A stretch of 64,000 nt of DNA from Takakia lepidozioides. Its lineage: Eukaryota; Plantae; Bryophyta. The notes beneath the pieces are model-generated. The model was not told the DNA's origin, made no database searches, and was given only the letters and a program-made list of their open reading frames with translations. The stretch is from NCBI GenBank assembly GCA_030704615.1, contig CM060732.1, positions 43,090,001 to 43,154,000 of the forward strand, given 5' to 3'. Shown here piece after piece: positions 51,886-63,963 of the stretch (position 1 is its first letter; each line of letters starts with the position of its first letter). The position numbers were made by a program, and so were the translations under genes.

Positions 51886-52431
51886 TGTTATGTTCCCTCT
51901 CTCTTCTTTCTAATTATTGTCCACAATTTGATCCAACCAGACTCACATCTCTCTCTCAATCCAGCCAAGGCCCTTTTCTTATTCCACTTTACTCATTTAC
52001 AATTTTACAGATCGGTCACCAAAGCGATCGTCAATCCTACTCTGGCCTGGCTCCTCGTTCAAAAGATCTCGCTGTCAACCTATGTACTCATCTCATGCCT
52101 CTGCCTATGCACAGTACTGGAATACTATGTCCAGTCCGCCCCTCCACCACACCGTGCATCATCACATTCTATCAACATAGGGCAGTGCAAATCGATCATC
52201 TTCCTCCTTCTCCTCTATCTCCCTTTCTGCTCTGCCGTGCTTCTTTTTCTTTCCTTCTTTTACCTTCCACGTTGAAGCATGGTCACAGTCTCAGCCCCCT
52301 GTCATTGCTTGCCAGCTCATACCCTTTCACGTTAATCATCCCATCGTTCCTGATATGTTCACCATGGTGAGAACCCATTCCTTTAATAATTATCCTTCAA
52401 CTGCTACAGGTTCAATCCCAGGTACATAAGA
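51886..52431 (-). repeat. 3' LTR (~546 bp) of the chromoviral Gypsy element
   Basis: Follows the polypurine tract AAGAGGGGAAG just after the pol stop. Termini T(C)TTATGTACC ... GGAACATAACA form a short inverted repeat (TG...CA with one decayed base). Confidence 0.7.
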
Positions 52432-52443
52432 TCACTTCCCCTC

Positions 52444-54543
52444 TTAAAAGAGAGTATTGTCCTCAATAGTGAAGTAGGGATAGTTCTTTCGAATTTCTTC
52501 TTCTTTCTCCCATGTAGATTCCTCTATGGGATAATTTTTCCATTTCACCAAGCACTCATTCCAGGAACGGTTTCGAAGGGTTCTAATCTGTACCTCAAGA
52601 ATTTGTTCTGGCTCTGCCATGATCTCACCTTCTGTTGTTACTTTTGGCAATTCAAGGAGAAGATGACTGGGGTCAGAAACATACTTCCTCAAGAGACTGA
52701 CATGGAATACATCATGTATTCTCCACCCTGATGGCAACTTGAGCTGATAGGCTACTTTGCCAACTTTCTTTACAATCCTGAAAGGTCCACAGTACCTTGG
52801 AGAAAGCTTATAACACTTTCCCAGCTTTAATTGACTTTTCTTAGGGATCACTTTCAAAAAGACTTGATCTCCAATTTCAAACTCTCTAAGAGATCTTTTC
52901 TGATCTGCATAAGTCTTGGCCCTCTCTTGAGCCTTCATCATGCTTTCTCTTACCAAGTCTAGCTCTTGCTGCATCCACCCTATCATTTGGTTGACACTCT
53001 CTACCTTTGTATCATAAACATGCCACGATGCAGGTGTCAAGCAATCCTGCCCATAAACAGCTTTAAACGGGCTTACCCCAATAGCTGTATGCATGTTCTT
53101 ATTGTAGGCAAATTCAACCAAATGCAGATACTGCTCCCAAGAGCTCTGCCTTTGCCCCACATACATTCGGAGCATGTCCTCCAAGGTTCTGTTTGTCCTT
53201 TCTGTCTAAGCATCTGTCTCAGGATGGTAGGCACTGCTAAAACATAACTTTGTACCCAAAGCTTTAAACAAGGTAGTCCAAAAGCCACCATGTAAATTTT
53301 GAATCCTTATCCGAAACGATTTCCCTTTGCAACCCATGCAGCCTATATACCTCTTTCACAAAGAGATTGGTTGTATCAACTGCAGTAGCAGTCATCTTTG
53401 TGGGTATGAAGTGAGCCTGCTTTGACAAGCGGTCAACCACCACAAAGATAGCATCATGTCCATTCCTGGTCTTTGGCAATGAGACTATGAAATCCATGTT
53501 AATGGATTCCCATTTTCCCCTAGGCACATCCAGGGGCTATAAAAGGCCAGGAGTCTTAATCTGTTCTGTTTTGGTTACCTGACAAGGGAAACACCGTTCA
53601 ACATAGTCTCTAATGTTCCTTTTCGTACTTGGCCAGAAAAATTATTTTCTGACTGCGAGATACGTTTCTGAAAGCCAGGATGGCCCACAATGGGGACATT
53701 ATGACAATCATACATAATTTTCAGTCTGAAATCCGCAACTTGTGGGATGCAGAGGCGCCCATTGTAATACAATAGTCCATCTTTCAATATGTAAGCAAGA
53801 TACTTACCAATCTCCTCAGGGGTCTTAATTCCACGAGAAAGGCTTTCAAAAGGTCCAGAAAAATATGCATCCTTAGCATACTGGCCTTTGATCTCATCTA
53901 TGACAGTACTTCTTATCACAGATATAGCGTTTGCCCATTTCCTTCTGGACAAAGCATCAGCCACTACGTTTTCTTTTCCCTTCACATATTTCAAATCAAC
54001 GAAGAACTGTTGAAAGAATTATACCCAACGACATTGTCTACGACTGAGGTTGGGCTGTGTGGCTAAGTACTTTAAGCTTTCATGATCCGTTTCAATCTTA
54101 ACCTCTCTCCCAAGTAAGTAGTGCCGCCAAATCTTCAAAGCATGAATAATGGCTAACAACTCTTTCTCATGTACTGGGTAATTCTGCTCTGCTGGGCTCA
54201 GTTTCCTTGATTCATAAGCAATCACATGACTCTCCTGCATTAACACATCTCCTATGGCCAAGTCACTTGTAAACAACAACCTTCAATGTGTGTGTGCATC
54301 AAATGTGTCATTCAATAATTACATGTATGTGCGCAACGTACACACATGCAAAGTTTCAAACCCAAACAAAATCATTTGCCCCCCCAATGACGCATTCACC
54401 CTATCAACCAATTTTTGTTTATTAATGTGAAAGAAAATCCTCTCATGCCATTGCACCCAACAAACGGATGTGGCTCAAGCTTCATTTTTTCCTACATATG
54501 CTTAAATACGTGTACAACACATGTACAAAGATCCAGCAGAGGG

Positions 54544-54579
<36 letters not shown>

Positions 54580-55352
54580 CCCTTACGACGCACTCACCCT
54601 TGCACCAATTTTGAATTAAATCGAATTTAAATGAATTTAAAATAAATATTTGCATTTAGAAAATATATGATTGCGGTTTTGAGCAAAGCACTAGGCCTCC
54701 CTTTGTATAATCCATTAACTTCAACACTGGAGCATGTGAGGCATCCTTGAGCTTTTCAAAGCTCTCATCACAATCTAGGATCCAACTGATTGGCCCTAAA
54801 CCTTTCAGCAGGCTAGTAAGAGGGGCCGCAATCCTAGAAAATGCCTTTATAAATCTTCTATAATAACTTGCAAGTCCTAGGAATGCCCTCACGTCCGTTC
54901 TATCTTTTGGTAGTGGCCATTCAGCCACAGTTCTTATCTTTCTAGGATCTACCTTCATGCCATCACGTGAAACTATGTGACCTAGATATGCCATCTCAGA
55001 GACGAAGAATTCACACTTGCTCATTTTAGCATAAAGCTTATTCTCTCTTAAGATTTGTAAGACGCTTCGTAAATGTTCTTTGTGCTCTTCTTCGGACCTT
55101 GAATAAATCAAAATATCGTCCATGAAGACTAGCACAAACTTCCCCAAGTACTTTCTGAACAAAGAATTCATGAGACACATGAACGTGGCTGGTGCATTTG
55201 TGAGTCCAAAAGACATCACCATAAATTCATAATGCCCAAACCTTGTCCTGAAAGCTGTCTTGTATACATCAGAGTCCTTGATCCGGATCTGATGGTATCC
55301 ACTCCTTAAATCTATCTTTGAAAACACTTGCGCACCATGTAGGTAATCATAC
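52444..55352 (-). mobile_element. Degenerate Ty3/Gypsy chromovirus pol (RT-RNase H-integrase-GPF-chromodomain); 5' half missing
   Basis: [90 protein letters not shown]-type motif, YCGPFRI, HDVFHVSLL, CLVKWKNYPIEESTWE. Contains stops, frameshifts and an insertion at 54271-54682. Confidence 0.95.
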
Positions 55353-57020
55353 AGACATGACATCTGCTGCAGAGGGGTTCTCCGGCAGCCCACCAGGACC
55401 GCCAAATCCAGCATGTATGCTGCGGGTTTGGGGCCTGGGGATGTCCGGGAGGATGTCATCCTGGTCAGAAAGCTCGGTGTCGTCCTCCTCAACATGGTCA
55501 ACCACCGGCGAAACCACCTCGAGCACTCTCCCGATCTCTACTGCCCTCTCCCCGGCTTCACCTCGAACTTGCACAATCCGTGCTCTTTGTGGTGTTCTTT
55601 CCTCTCCTCCACTCTCCACCGTATGGGTGATTGCGGGGGCTGCTCTTGTCCGCCATGGTGTAACCGGTGTGTTACTGCCTCTTTGTGGTGTCTTGGAGGG
55701 ATCCACCGTCTCTGTGCGTCCCTCGCTTACATGGGCATCTGTCATTTCGGCACCCCTGGCCTCTTCAGTGGCATTTTCTCTTTCCTCCTGGCCAGCCTTC
55801 TGTCTCGCCTGTTCTTTTGCCCTCTCTTTTGCCCTCTCACGGGCTTTCTGTTTCTTACTAGGGCTAGCAGCAGGGGAGCCCTCCAGGACGATCACCTTTG
55901 ATTGAGGAGAACTGACACCCTCGCGCGCACTGCTCACTCCCTCCTCCGCAGCCCGTGACGGCTCTCTCGCCGGGGATTGCATGTGCTTGGCTTTCTTCTT
56001 CTTCTTTGCGTGGGCGGGCCCTACTGCATATGCATCAACAACCTCCATTGCCGGATCTGCTGTCCTCACGTCCTCACGCCCTTCACCTGCCATGCCGCCT
56101 GCACCAACCTCCCCAATGCATATTCTGTCGTACTCTCGCTGCAGGTCCTCCCGTCCACCAACAGAAGGTTTTAGTTTGCCCTCCCGCCCCAAGTTGGGCG
56201 ATCCAAACATGCGATGAGTTGGAGCTGTCGATGATACCACCAGCGTGCCGGGCTCGTCGTCACTCTGTCATTCCCGAAAATCGTGAGAACCAACATCGGA
56301 ATGAAAACCACCATCGCAAAGAGCAGCGCAATCACCATCGCAACAATCGTGGAACAACAATGAAAAAAAAACAAAACCAAGTATGGAGTGGCATGGAACA
56401 ACAATGAAAACAAATCTAACCAATGCCTAAGAATGACATGCACAAGCAGCCTTCTCAAGAGCTGCCGGCTTTGCACACGCATTGCAAACTATCTAAGGTT
56501 CACTCAACCAGTAACATGAAACACGATGAACAAATGAACACGAATTCCATAAGACGGGAAAACAGGGTGAAATGTTTTGAAGGCACTTCATCTGCTTAGA
56601 CAATCTTCTCACCTCAACATAGATTTCCTTAATTTTTAACCATTCTGACCTTGACCATTCTTCTCAACAGCTCCTGCTTTTGCAATGCAACCATACGCTT
56701 CCAGTGATGCCACGCTGAAGATGCAAAAACAAACCAAAAAATGAAATAAACAACAAAGCGAAAGCGGAAGTGGCTTGCCTGGGAGTACTCGGCTTCAGTT
56801 GGAACGGGTTGTGAGCAAGACACTGGAATCTCCTGCTGGAGCTTAAGTTTGGCCATGCGAGAGGTTGGCCGTCGCCTGTAGTACAAAGCCTTCAACTTCC
56901 GCCGCGGTCTGGATGTGGGGTCTCTCTCAGGAGAGCCACGCCCTTCACGCAGCATAAGACCCAGCAAAAGAGAAAAGATCTCAGTATTTTTGCGTACATG
57001 CCTCGAATAGAACTTCATCC
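55347..57020 (-). CDS. Putative accessory gene of the Mutator-like element (low-complexity, basic NLS-like; probably spliced; 3' end truncated at the Gypsy junction)
   Basis: 297-aa ORF 55347-56240 ([26 protein letters not shown], acidic [12 protein letters not shown]) plus upstream ORF 56629-57018 and splice-like signals. No recognisable domain. Confidence 0.4.
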
Positions 57021-57167
57021 AAGTTTAGCATCAGGTTTCCAAGATGTATCGAGGAAGCAAGCGCGGAATCCCTGTGTCGCCATCACGAATGAAAACCGAC
57101 GGCGGAGGACATTTAATGCCCAACTACGCAATTAAATGTCGAATGAAGTATGACGCAACGAAGCCCG

Positions 57168-57770
57168 AGGCGCCGAATTTCCATCCGCCAGGTAAGTCAG
57201 AGCGCCGAATTTCTGTCATGCATGTAATTCGAAGACCGGATGGATAGAAATCCAGCGCCGAGTTTCCGTCCGCCAGGTAAGTCGGAGCGCGGATGGATTG
57301 AAATCCGGCGCCGAATTTCCGTCCGCCAGGTAAGTCGGAGCGCGGATGGATGGAAATCCGGCGCCGAATTTCCATCCTGCAGGTAATTCGGAGCAAGGAT
57401 GGATGGAAATCCGGCGCCGAATTTCCATCCGCCATGTAAGTCGGAGCGCGGATGGATGGAAATCCGGCGCCGAATTTCCATCCGGCAGGTAATTCGGAGC
57501 AAGGAGGGATGGAAATCCGGCGCCGAATTTCCATCCTGCAGGTAATTCGGAGCGCGGATGGATGGAAATCCGGCGCCGAATTTCCATCCTGCAGGTAATT
57601 CGGATCGCGGATGGATGGAAATCCGACGCCGAATTTCCATCGGCCATGTAAGTCGGAGCACGGATGGATGGAAATCCGGCGCCGAATTTCCATCCTGCAG
57701 GTAACTCGGAGCGCGGCCGGATGGAAATTTGGCGCCGAATTACCATCCTGCAGGTAATTCTGAGCGTGGC
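57168..57770. repeat. Tandem array of a 53-bp unit (~10-11 copies) containing a 30-bp palindrome
   Basis: Unit GGATGGATGGAAATCCGGCGCCGAATTTCCATCC(G/T)(C/G)CAGGTAA(G/T)TCGGAGC(GC/AA); unit starts at 57238, 57291, 57344, and so on. Confidence 0.97.
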
Positions 57771-57904
57771 CGCTTGTTTTTTTGGTCTAAAAAGACACTA
57801 AACCTTAAGTTTGGTGGCTGAAGTCTACTTTTAGACACGTTTTTCAGGGAATTCTCGACTGGTAGAGAGAAATTCCTTGCTTCTTTTCCATCCCTCTTAG
57901 TTCC

Positions 57905-58690
57905 TACATGGAAATTCGTTGCCAAAATTCCATCTAGCCGCGATTGCGATTACATGCCCAATGGAAATTCGGCGCCGGTTTTCCATCCCCTCCGCCCGGG
58001 TCGACTTTATTCCGGCGCCCCCTGTTGGATATTCGGTGCCGAATTTCCGTCTGGGGGTTGTAATGTGACGGCCAGGTGCCGGCCTCTCCTCCCGAGCCGA
58101 CTGCATCCGAACGGCCCCGGATGTAAATTCGGCGCCGTTTTTCCATCCGGGGAGGTTTTTATGTCGGCCAGTTTTCGGCCTGACCCCCTCGACACGACTT
58201 CCTTTGGTGGAGCCCGGATGGAAATTCGGCGCCGAATTTCCATCCGGGGGATGTTCTCTGTCGGACAGGTGCCGGCCACTCCGCCCGAGGCGACTTCATC
58301 CGGGCGGCGCCTGTTGGATATTCGGTGCCGAATTCCCGTCCGGGGGTTGTAATGTGACAGCCATGTGCCGGCCTCTCCCCCCGTGCCGACTGCATCCGAA
58401 CGGCCCCGGATGTAAATTCGGCGCCGTTTTTCCATCCGGGGAGGTTTTTATGTCGGCCACTTTTCGGCCTGACCCCCCGACACGACTTCCTTTGGGGGGG
58501 CCCGGATGGAAATTCGGCGCTGAATTTCCATCCGGGGGATGTTCTCTGTCGGACAGGTGCCGGCCTCTCCGCCCGAGTCGACTTCATCTGGGCGGCCCTT
58601 GATGGATATTCGGTGCCGAATTTCCATCCAGGGGTTGTAATGTGACGGCCCGGTGCCGGCTTCTCCCCTTCAGCCGACATCATCCGGGCG
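57905..58690. repeat. Tandem array of a ~289-bp unit (~2.5 copies), each with three copies of the same palindrome
   Basis: CGGCCCCGGATGTAAATTCGGCGCCG at 58112 and 58401; GGATGGAAATTCGGCGCYGAATTTCCATCC at ~58216 and ~58504; GGATATTCGGTGCCGAATT at ~58027, 58316 and 58604. Confidence 0.95.
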
Positions 58691-59069
58691 GCTCCAAACT
58701 TTCTGACTGCATATTGTTGGCAGTTATTGCGCAAAGACCAGGGGTCACATTCCGGAGACAAGGTTCATTAACACTCTGACTGTGGATTTTTGAGATAGTT
58801 GGCTCCCTGGATTTGGATCAGGCTTCGTCGCTCGGACAAATCGGCACCGCATTCCTTCCCATCGGTGCATCCCCCTTCTACCAGGGAGCTTGCCCGCACG
58901 CCATCCTGGCAGTCTTGTGTGCACATCTCCTATGGCGGAAAACTCGAGCGCTACAGTGTACTGCCCTCCTCACGAGCATAGAGCTTCATTTCTGTGCAGA
59001 GGGGACATCTGCCGTGTGATGGAGAAATATCTGTGCGTTTGATACCACCTGAAACCGAGGTCGGTTTTT

Positions 59070-62000
59070 TTGGAGGAGGAAATGAAGGACTCAAACGACA
59101 TTATTGTCGAGAGTATTGTTGTGCTCCACAATGATTTCGGCGATGGCAGGGAATGGCGAGTTCCACCATCGGACAACATCATATACAGGGCTGTTGGGGA
59201 CTTCATTTGCCCGCCAAATGCACCTTCTATCCTGGCGCCTTCCACGAAACAATCCGCGAATCAGAGAGTGGGTACCTCAAAGAGAGAAGTCCGCAACGAA
59301 GTAAATCCAGAGCCCAACCCATCAATGAAGACGAGCGAGAACCGGGTTGTTCACAACCTGTCCGACTCCGACGAGGTCATGGAAGTTTCGAGATCGTCCT
59401 GGAGATCAAGCAAGTCCTCAATGGACGTCAGTGGACGAGGGAGTCATATTCCCAGCACGAGCACCGCAGTTCGATCCATTCTTGAAATTCTGCGAGGGCT
59501 TCACATAGATGGACACCGCTCGGAGCTGGCCGGGCTGGACTACAGCAAGTTCGCAATTAAATCGGTTACATGCCTTCCCGCAGACGTCGACGGTAATATC
59601 TTCTTTGAGTTCCCTCCTCGGACGGACTACTCGAGGGTGTTCGGAATGTTGACAGATATGGATAGAAAACATGACGGTCATCCTTGGTGCGTCACCAAAA
59701 CCACCAGCATGAAGATGCTCGATGGTGTGCGGGCGCGTTGCGGTGTTTCTCCCCAACTTGCTTCCGTTTTAAATCCAGAGGTCACAGGAACGAGACCGAT
59801 TGGACAAGCACAGCTCATCAACCATTTCATGCTCAGGAGAAGGTTCCGAACTCCACATTTAAGTGTGCGCATTGCAAAGAACCACCACACTGCATGTCTG
59901 TTTTGTAATGCCAAGCAGTTCTATGTGTTGCACCGTTTCCCTGACCTCACCCGAGCTTGCATACACGTTGGTTTCCATTGTCACAAATTGGCGAGGGGGA
60001 ACTCGAGGGAGGCTGCCCACGAGGCAGAGCAGCTCGTTCAGGAGGAGGTTAAGTTGAGACCGGGTGCCAAACCCAAACAGATACAGCTCCAAGCCGCCCA
60101 TAAGATGGCATTGGCCAGAATTATGTCGGAAGACGGCTCCGATAGAGTTCATCTCGATGATAAGGAAATGGAGGCATTGCTGGAGTCGGTGTCCCACGTC
60201 TGTTCACCGAATGTCCGAAACCACATTGTCTCATGCAAACAGAAAATTGGGCGTGGCTCGGATATGCACTCCATTCTGGAGGTGAAGCGACGATGTGGAT
60301 ATGACTACATTCATGGAAGTAGGTTTCCAGGACAAGGGACTGAGGCAGATCGTTGTTTCGTATTCAAAATGTCCACGTGTGGACCTGGCAACGACGTCCA
60401 ACTGGTCAACAGGATGACGAGTGGGGACTTGTCAAACAGTTGGGTCATGTTCGACCATATCAAGCGAATTACAAATCACCAGTGGGTGGCAATGGGTGCA
60501 CATGTGTACGACACCCACTGTAGGATGCTAATGACAATTGCTATTTGTGAGATGAAAGGAGAGGACACACAATCGGAGATGCTTCTTTGGCAGGGAATAA
60601 ACGAACAGATGGCCAAGGCGGGATTGCCCCCTCCCAATTTCCGTGGTTTCATGGCGGACAACGCACAAGCAAATTGGGCTGCCATTCGAAGGGTGTACGG
60701 GCAAGACCCCAATGTTCTCATGGAAGGCAAGGAGAGATCTTGTGGGTTCCATTTTCTGCAAAGCCTTTTGCAGTACACAACCAGGCTCGTGGCGCCAGAT
60801 TTCAGAGAGGAGCACCGTTCCATGTGTCTTGCGTGGAAGCGCGCTCCCACCTTGGATGATGCAAAGACACAGTTTGCATGTATACGGGCTTGGTGGACAT
60901 CGTCAGATGCTGTAAGGAAATCAGACGAGGGAGCAATGGTCAGTTGGCTAGCATGGTGGCATTATCGTTTCCTCCAGTTCGGCGACTATATGCGGGAGGT
61001 GAGTTGCACGAATTCGCGTCCCGTTGAATATTATTCTTGGCATTATTTGTAACTTGCTTGTAACCTCAACATGTGCTTGTGCAGGAAATGTGTCTCGACT
61101 CCGACACCGACATGCCCACGACAAACATGGTCGAATCAGTGCATTCTTCCTGGCGTGCCTCCTCTGTGGCGCATCTGGTGGACATCCTCACTGCCACAAC
61201 GGAGGACATTGTGAGGTCAATTATGCAGCAATGCAGGTACAACGAGTTCTTGAAAGGGAAACAGTGGGGCTTGGGGCCGGACAGGCAGGAAATGCTGATG
61301 CGGACTGCCTCCAGATCGAAGAATCCTCGGAAGTGGGCGGCGGCCTTGCGAGAGGGCCTTCGGGACACGCCATTGCTTCGAAGAGGCCAACATTTGGAAG
61401 GAGATGTTCATACCCGTCCAGTGAGACGAAGACTTGACGAGGCACCTGGCGGGGAAGAGGATTCATGGCGAGCTGACAAGAATATTTGCACGCTCCCTCG
61501 TGGTCCTGTGATGTTGCCCGAGGAGGTCTCGTCGAGCACCGCAAGTCCTGCACGTTCAAGATCGTCATCTCCTTTGAGCACAGGGCACGTGCCCGGGCAA
61601 CATAACGAGCCATCTGTAGTAAAGCAGTACAACATTCCTATTGTGGAGACAAGAGTGTCGGAGTCACAGTGGAGAATTGCAAGGACATTGCCGGCATTTC
61701 GAGGGAAATGCTGCGCCATCCGAGTGGATACGAGAGCACGCTGTGGTGAGATGATTCGGAGGAACCCACACGGTGCTGTACCTGCACCTTGTTTCAGCGG
61801 CAGATTTTTGACTCCCACATTTGCTCACGCCACAACGCGGACGTTTTGGTTCTGTAGGCACGACATAATGACCTGTGTATTTGGCAAGCCCAAGTACGGG
61901 ATTCGGGGAATGCCGGAGCCTCCGGGCGTCTGGCCTGTTGCACCGGGTTGCAGCCTCTCTCAGAATGAGGCGGATATTCTATCTGCAGCAGGATTTCGAA

Positions 62001-62225
62001 TGGTGCAACGCACAGACGTCCCGGCCCACGCCGACTTGCAATTGTACGGACTTCTCGTTGATGGAAGCAAAGAAGGGTTCAAAGTATTATCCGTGCAAGC
62101 ATCTGTATTACATTTACCTGAAGAGGTTGAGGATGAACGTGACTATCGATGACTTTATTCATGCACCGGCGTTGAGCGTGAACGAGCTGCACAAACTCCT
62201 CCTTAGGGATTCCAGAAATCATTGA
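59070..62225 (+). mobile_element. Mutator-like (MULE-type) DDE transposase with N-terminal WRKY/GCM1-like Zn finger, C-terminal Cys-rich domain and SWIM finger; degenerate
   Basis: C-x-A-K...HVGFHCH; catalytic D (MFDHIKR), D (FMADNAQAN), CxxH (CGFH) and E (TTNMVESVH); phase-0 intron 60999-61084; SWIM CNCTDF...PCKHLYY in a shifted frame. Confidence 0.75.
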
Positions 62226-62382
62226 TGGGGCAAAGGGAATCCTCCATATGGATATTTTCAATTGCATTTTCATGTATCGGACCTTTTTTTCCAGTGTAAT
62301 GAAATGCACCCCAAAACTCCTGGAATGAGGAAATATTCCATTCAAACTGAGATCCAACAGAAGCAGTTGTGGGGCCATTTCT

Positions 62383-62870
62383 AGAAAAATGGCGCCGAAT
62401 TTCTCTATTTTGGGCCGAAAACTGGCTAAGTCCCAACATGCACTGGTACCCCTGTGTCTGGAAAAATGGCGCCGAATTTCCCTATTTTGGGCCGAAAACT
62501 GGCTAAGTCCAAACATGCACAGGAACAATGTCTGGAAAAATGGCGCCGAATTTCCAGTTACATGGCCCAGAACTGCCCAACATCTGTGCAATCCCCGGCA
62601 CCATGTACCGAAATTCGGCGCCACATTTCCAAATTTTGGGCTTACACACCTGTCATGAGGGGACCTATAGCCGCGGAATTCGGCACCATTTTTCGCCAGA
62701 GAGACCTATTACAGCGAAATACGTCGCGGTTTTTTCCGCTTACGGACCCTATTACCGCGAAATTCGGCACCATTTTTGCACATGTCGTAGGGATTTGGCA
62801 TGAGCGGAAGACGAAATATCATGAGCACAACTCTCAAAACTACAATTTTTCCCTTCAAGGTGCCGAATAA
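62383..62870. repeat. Array of ~75-bp units carrying GGCGCCGAATTT: three direct copies, then three inverted copies
   Basis: GAAAAATGGCGCCGAATTT at ~62383, 62461 and 62535; AATTCGGC(G/A)CCA at ~62612, 62677 and 62761. Confidence 0.9.
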
Positions 62871-63029
62871 TATATTTTTTTTTTCTGACACATTGCATTA
62901 AATTAATGTTTTATAATGTTTTTTATTTTCGAAATTTTTACTTCTGCTCATGAAAACCGATTGTCTTGCTACTCCGCTCATGCCGCTCATGCCGCTCATG
63001 CTCATGAAATAGCTAACCTCGTTTGTCAG

Positions 63030-63963
63030 CTCCAAATCAAGTCATGACATTCCTGGTTCTTCGACTTTCTGTGAGACAAATCCACATGTTGCTATCCCTC
63101 CTCAGCCAATGCAACGGGGAAATCCAGTGAGAGAGACACAAGACTTTTCCGATGCATTGTTCAGGATTCTGCGGATAGGTCCTGCTTCCATGGTTCGTTG
63201 TTCTGCATTGGTTGGAGTTTCCAAGGATAAATGCAAAGCGCTCATCAGGAAAGGTAAAGGAAGTCCTGCACCTTGCTTCACTGGCAAGTTACTAGCACCG
63301 AACATGAAAGAACCAAAACTGCAAGTTTTTTGGTTTTGCCCCACAGATGTTTTGTTGTGTGTTGGAGGGACCGTGCCATCCTATTGCTTGGGAAAACCGG
63401 GTATACCTAACGTGTGGCCTGTGAAGGTTGGAACCAACCTTACACAAGCAGAGGTGGACAACTTGACCCTTGCAGGTTTTCGACTAGTCCATCCTCCCAA
63501 CGTTGGGACCACTTCCAGTGGAACAACATATTCATCAAGGTATTGTTCTTCCTGTGGGTAAGTATCCCACTACACGCTATGGGGTGCGCATTTGGCGTCG
63601 GGATCCGACTCCTCGACACTTGAGTCGCCAAGAGTCAGCGGAGACTCTTATTGCTGAGGTTCGTGGATTCGAAAATGTGTCTCAGCCAGGTTATGGGAGA
63701 ATTTACCAGCTACAAACAGAGGGATCTACCAGAGCAGGATTGGTTTACAATGTATACATTGGTCAGTTTCCATCTTGTAATTGTCCCGACTTTGATGAGT
63801 TATCTGTCAAGAAGAAAAAACAAACACATTACCTTGTAAGCACATGTACTTCATGTACAACGTGCATCTAGGATGCGCCGGGGCTTATGAGATCCACCAA
63901 CCTTCCCTTAGCCAGTTAGAGGTTAGGGCTATGCTAAAGAAGGACCCTAGTTCAACTTCTTAG
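63030..63963 (+). pseudogene. Second TE gene: stand-alone paralog of the transposase C-terminal Cys-rich domain plus SWIM finger (two frameshifts)
   Basis: RCSAL...KCKALIR...PAPCFTG...FWFC..D..LCV...VWPVKVGTNLTQAEVD.L..AGFR aligns with 61670-62000; then YNVYIGQFPSCNCPDF...PCKHMYF...IHQPSLS..EV*. Preceded by a CTAAC...TTTGTCAG acceptor. Confidence 0.75.

Noticed and set aside
57168-57770. CRISPR-like array (30-bp palindromic repeats with ~23-bp spacers)
   Set aside because: Spacers are near-identical rather than unique, there are no cas genes, and the context is a eukaryotic TE.
57124-58761. Long repetitive ORFs on several frames (MEIRRRISIHP..., WKFGAEFPS...)
   Set aside because: By-products of stop-poor GC-rich tandem repeats; the same peptides cycle through all frames.
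63086-63108. GCTATCCCTCCTCAGC resembling a miR390/TAS3 target site
   Set aside because: Mismatches in the miRNA 5' region, no second site or tasiARF, and it lies in a TE coding exon.
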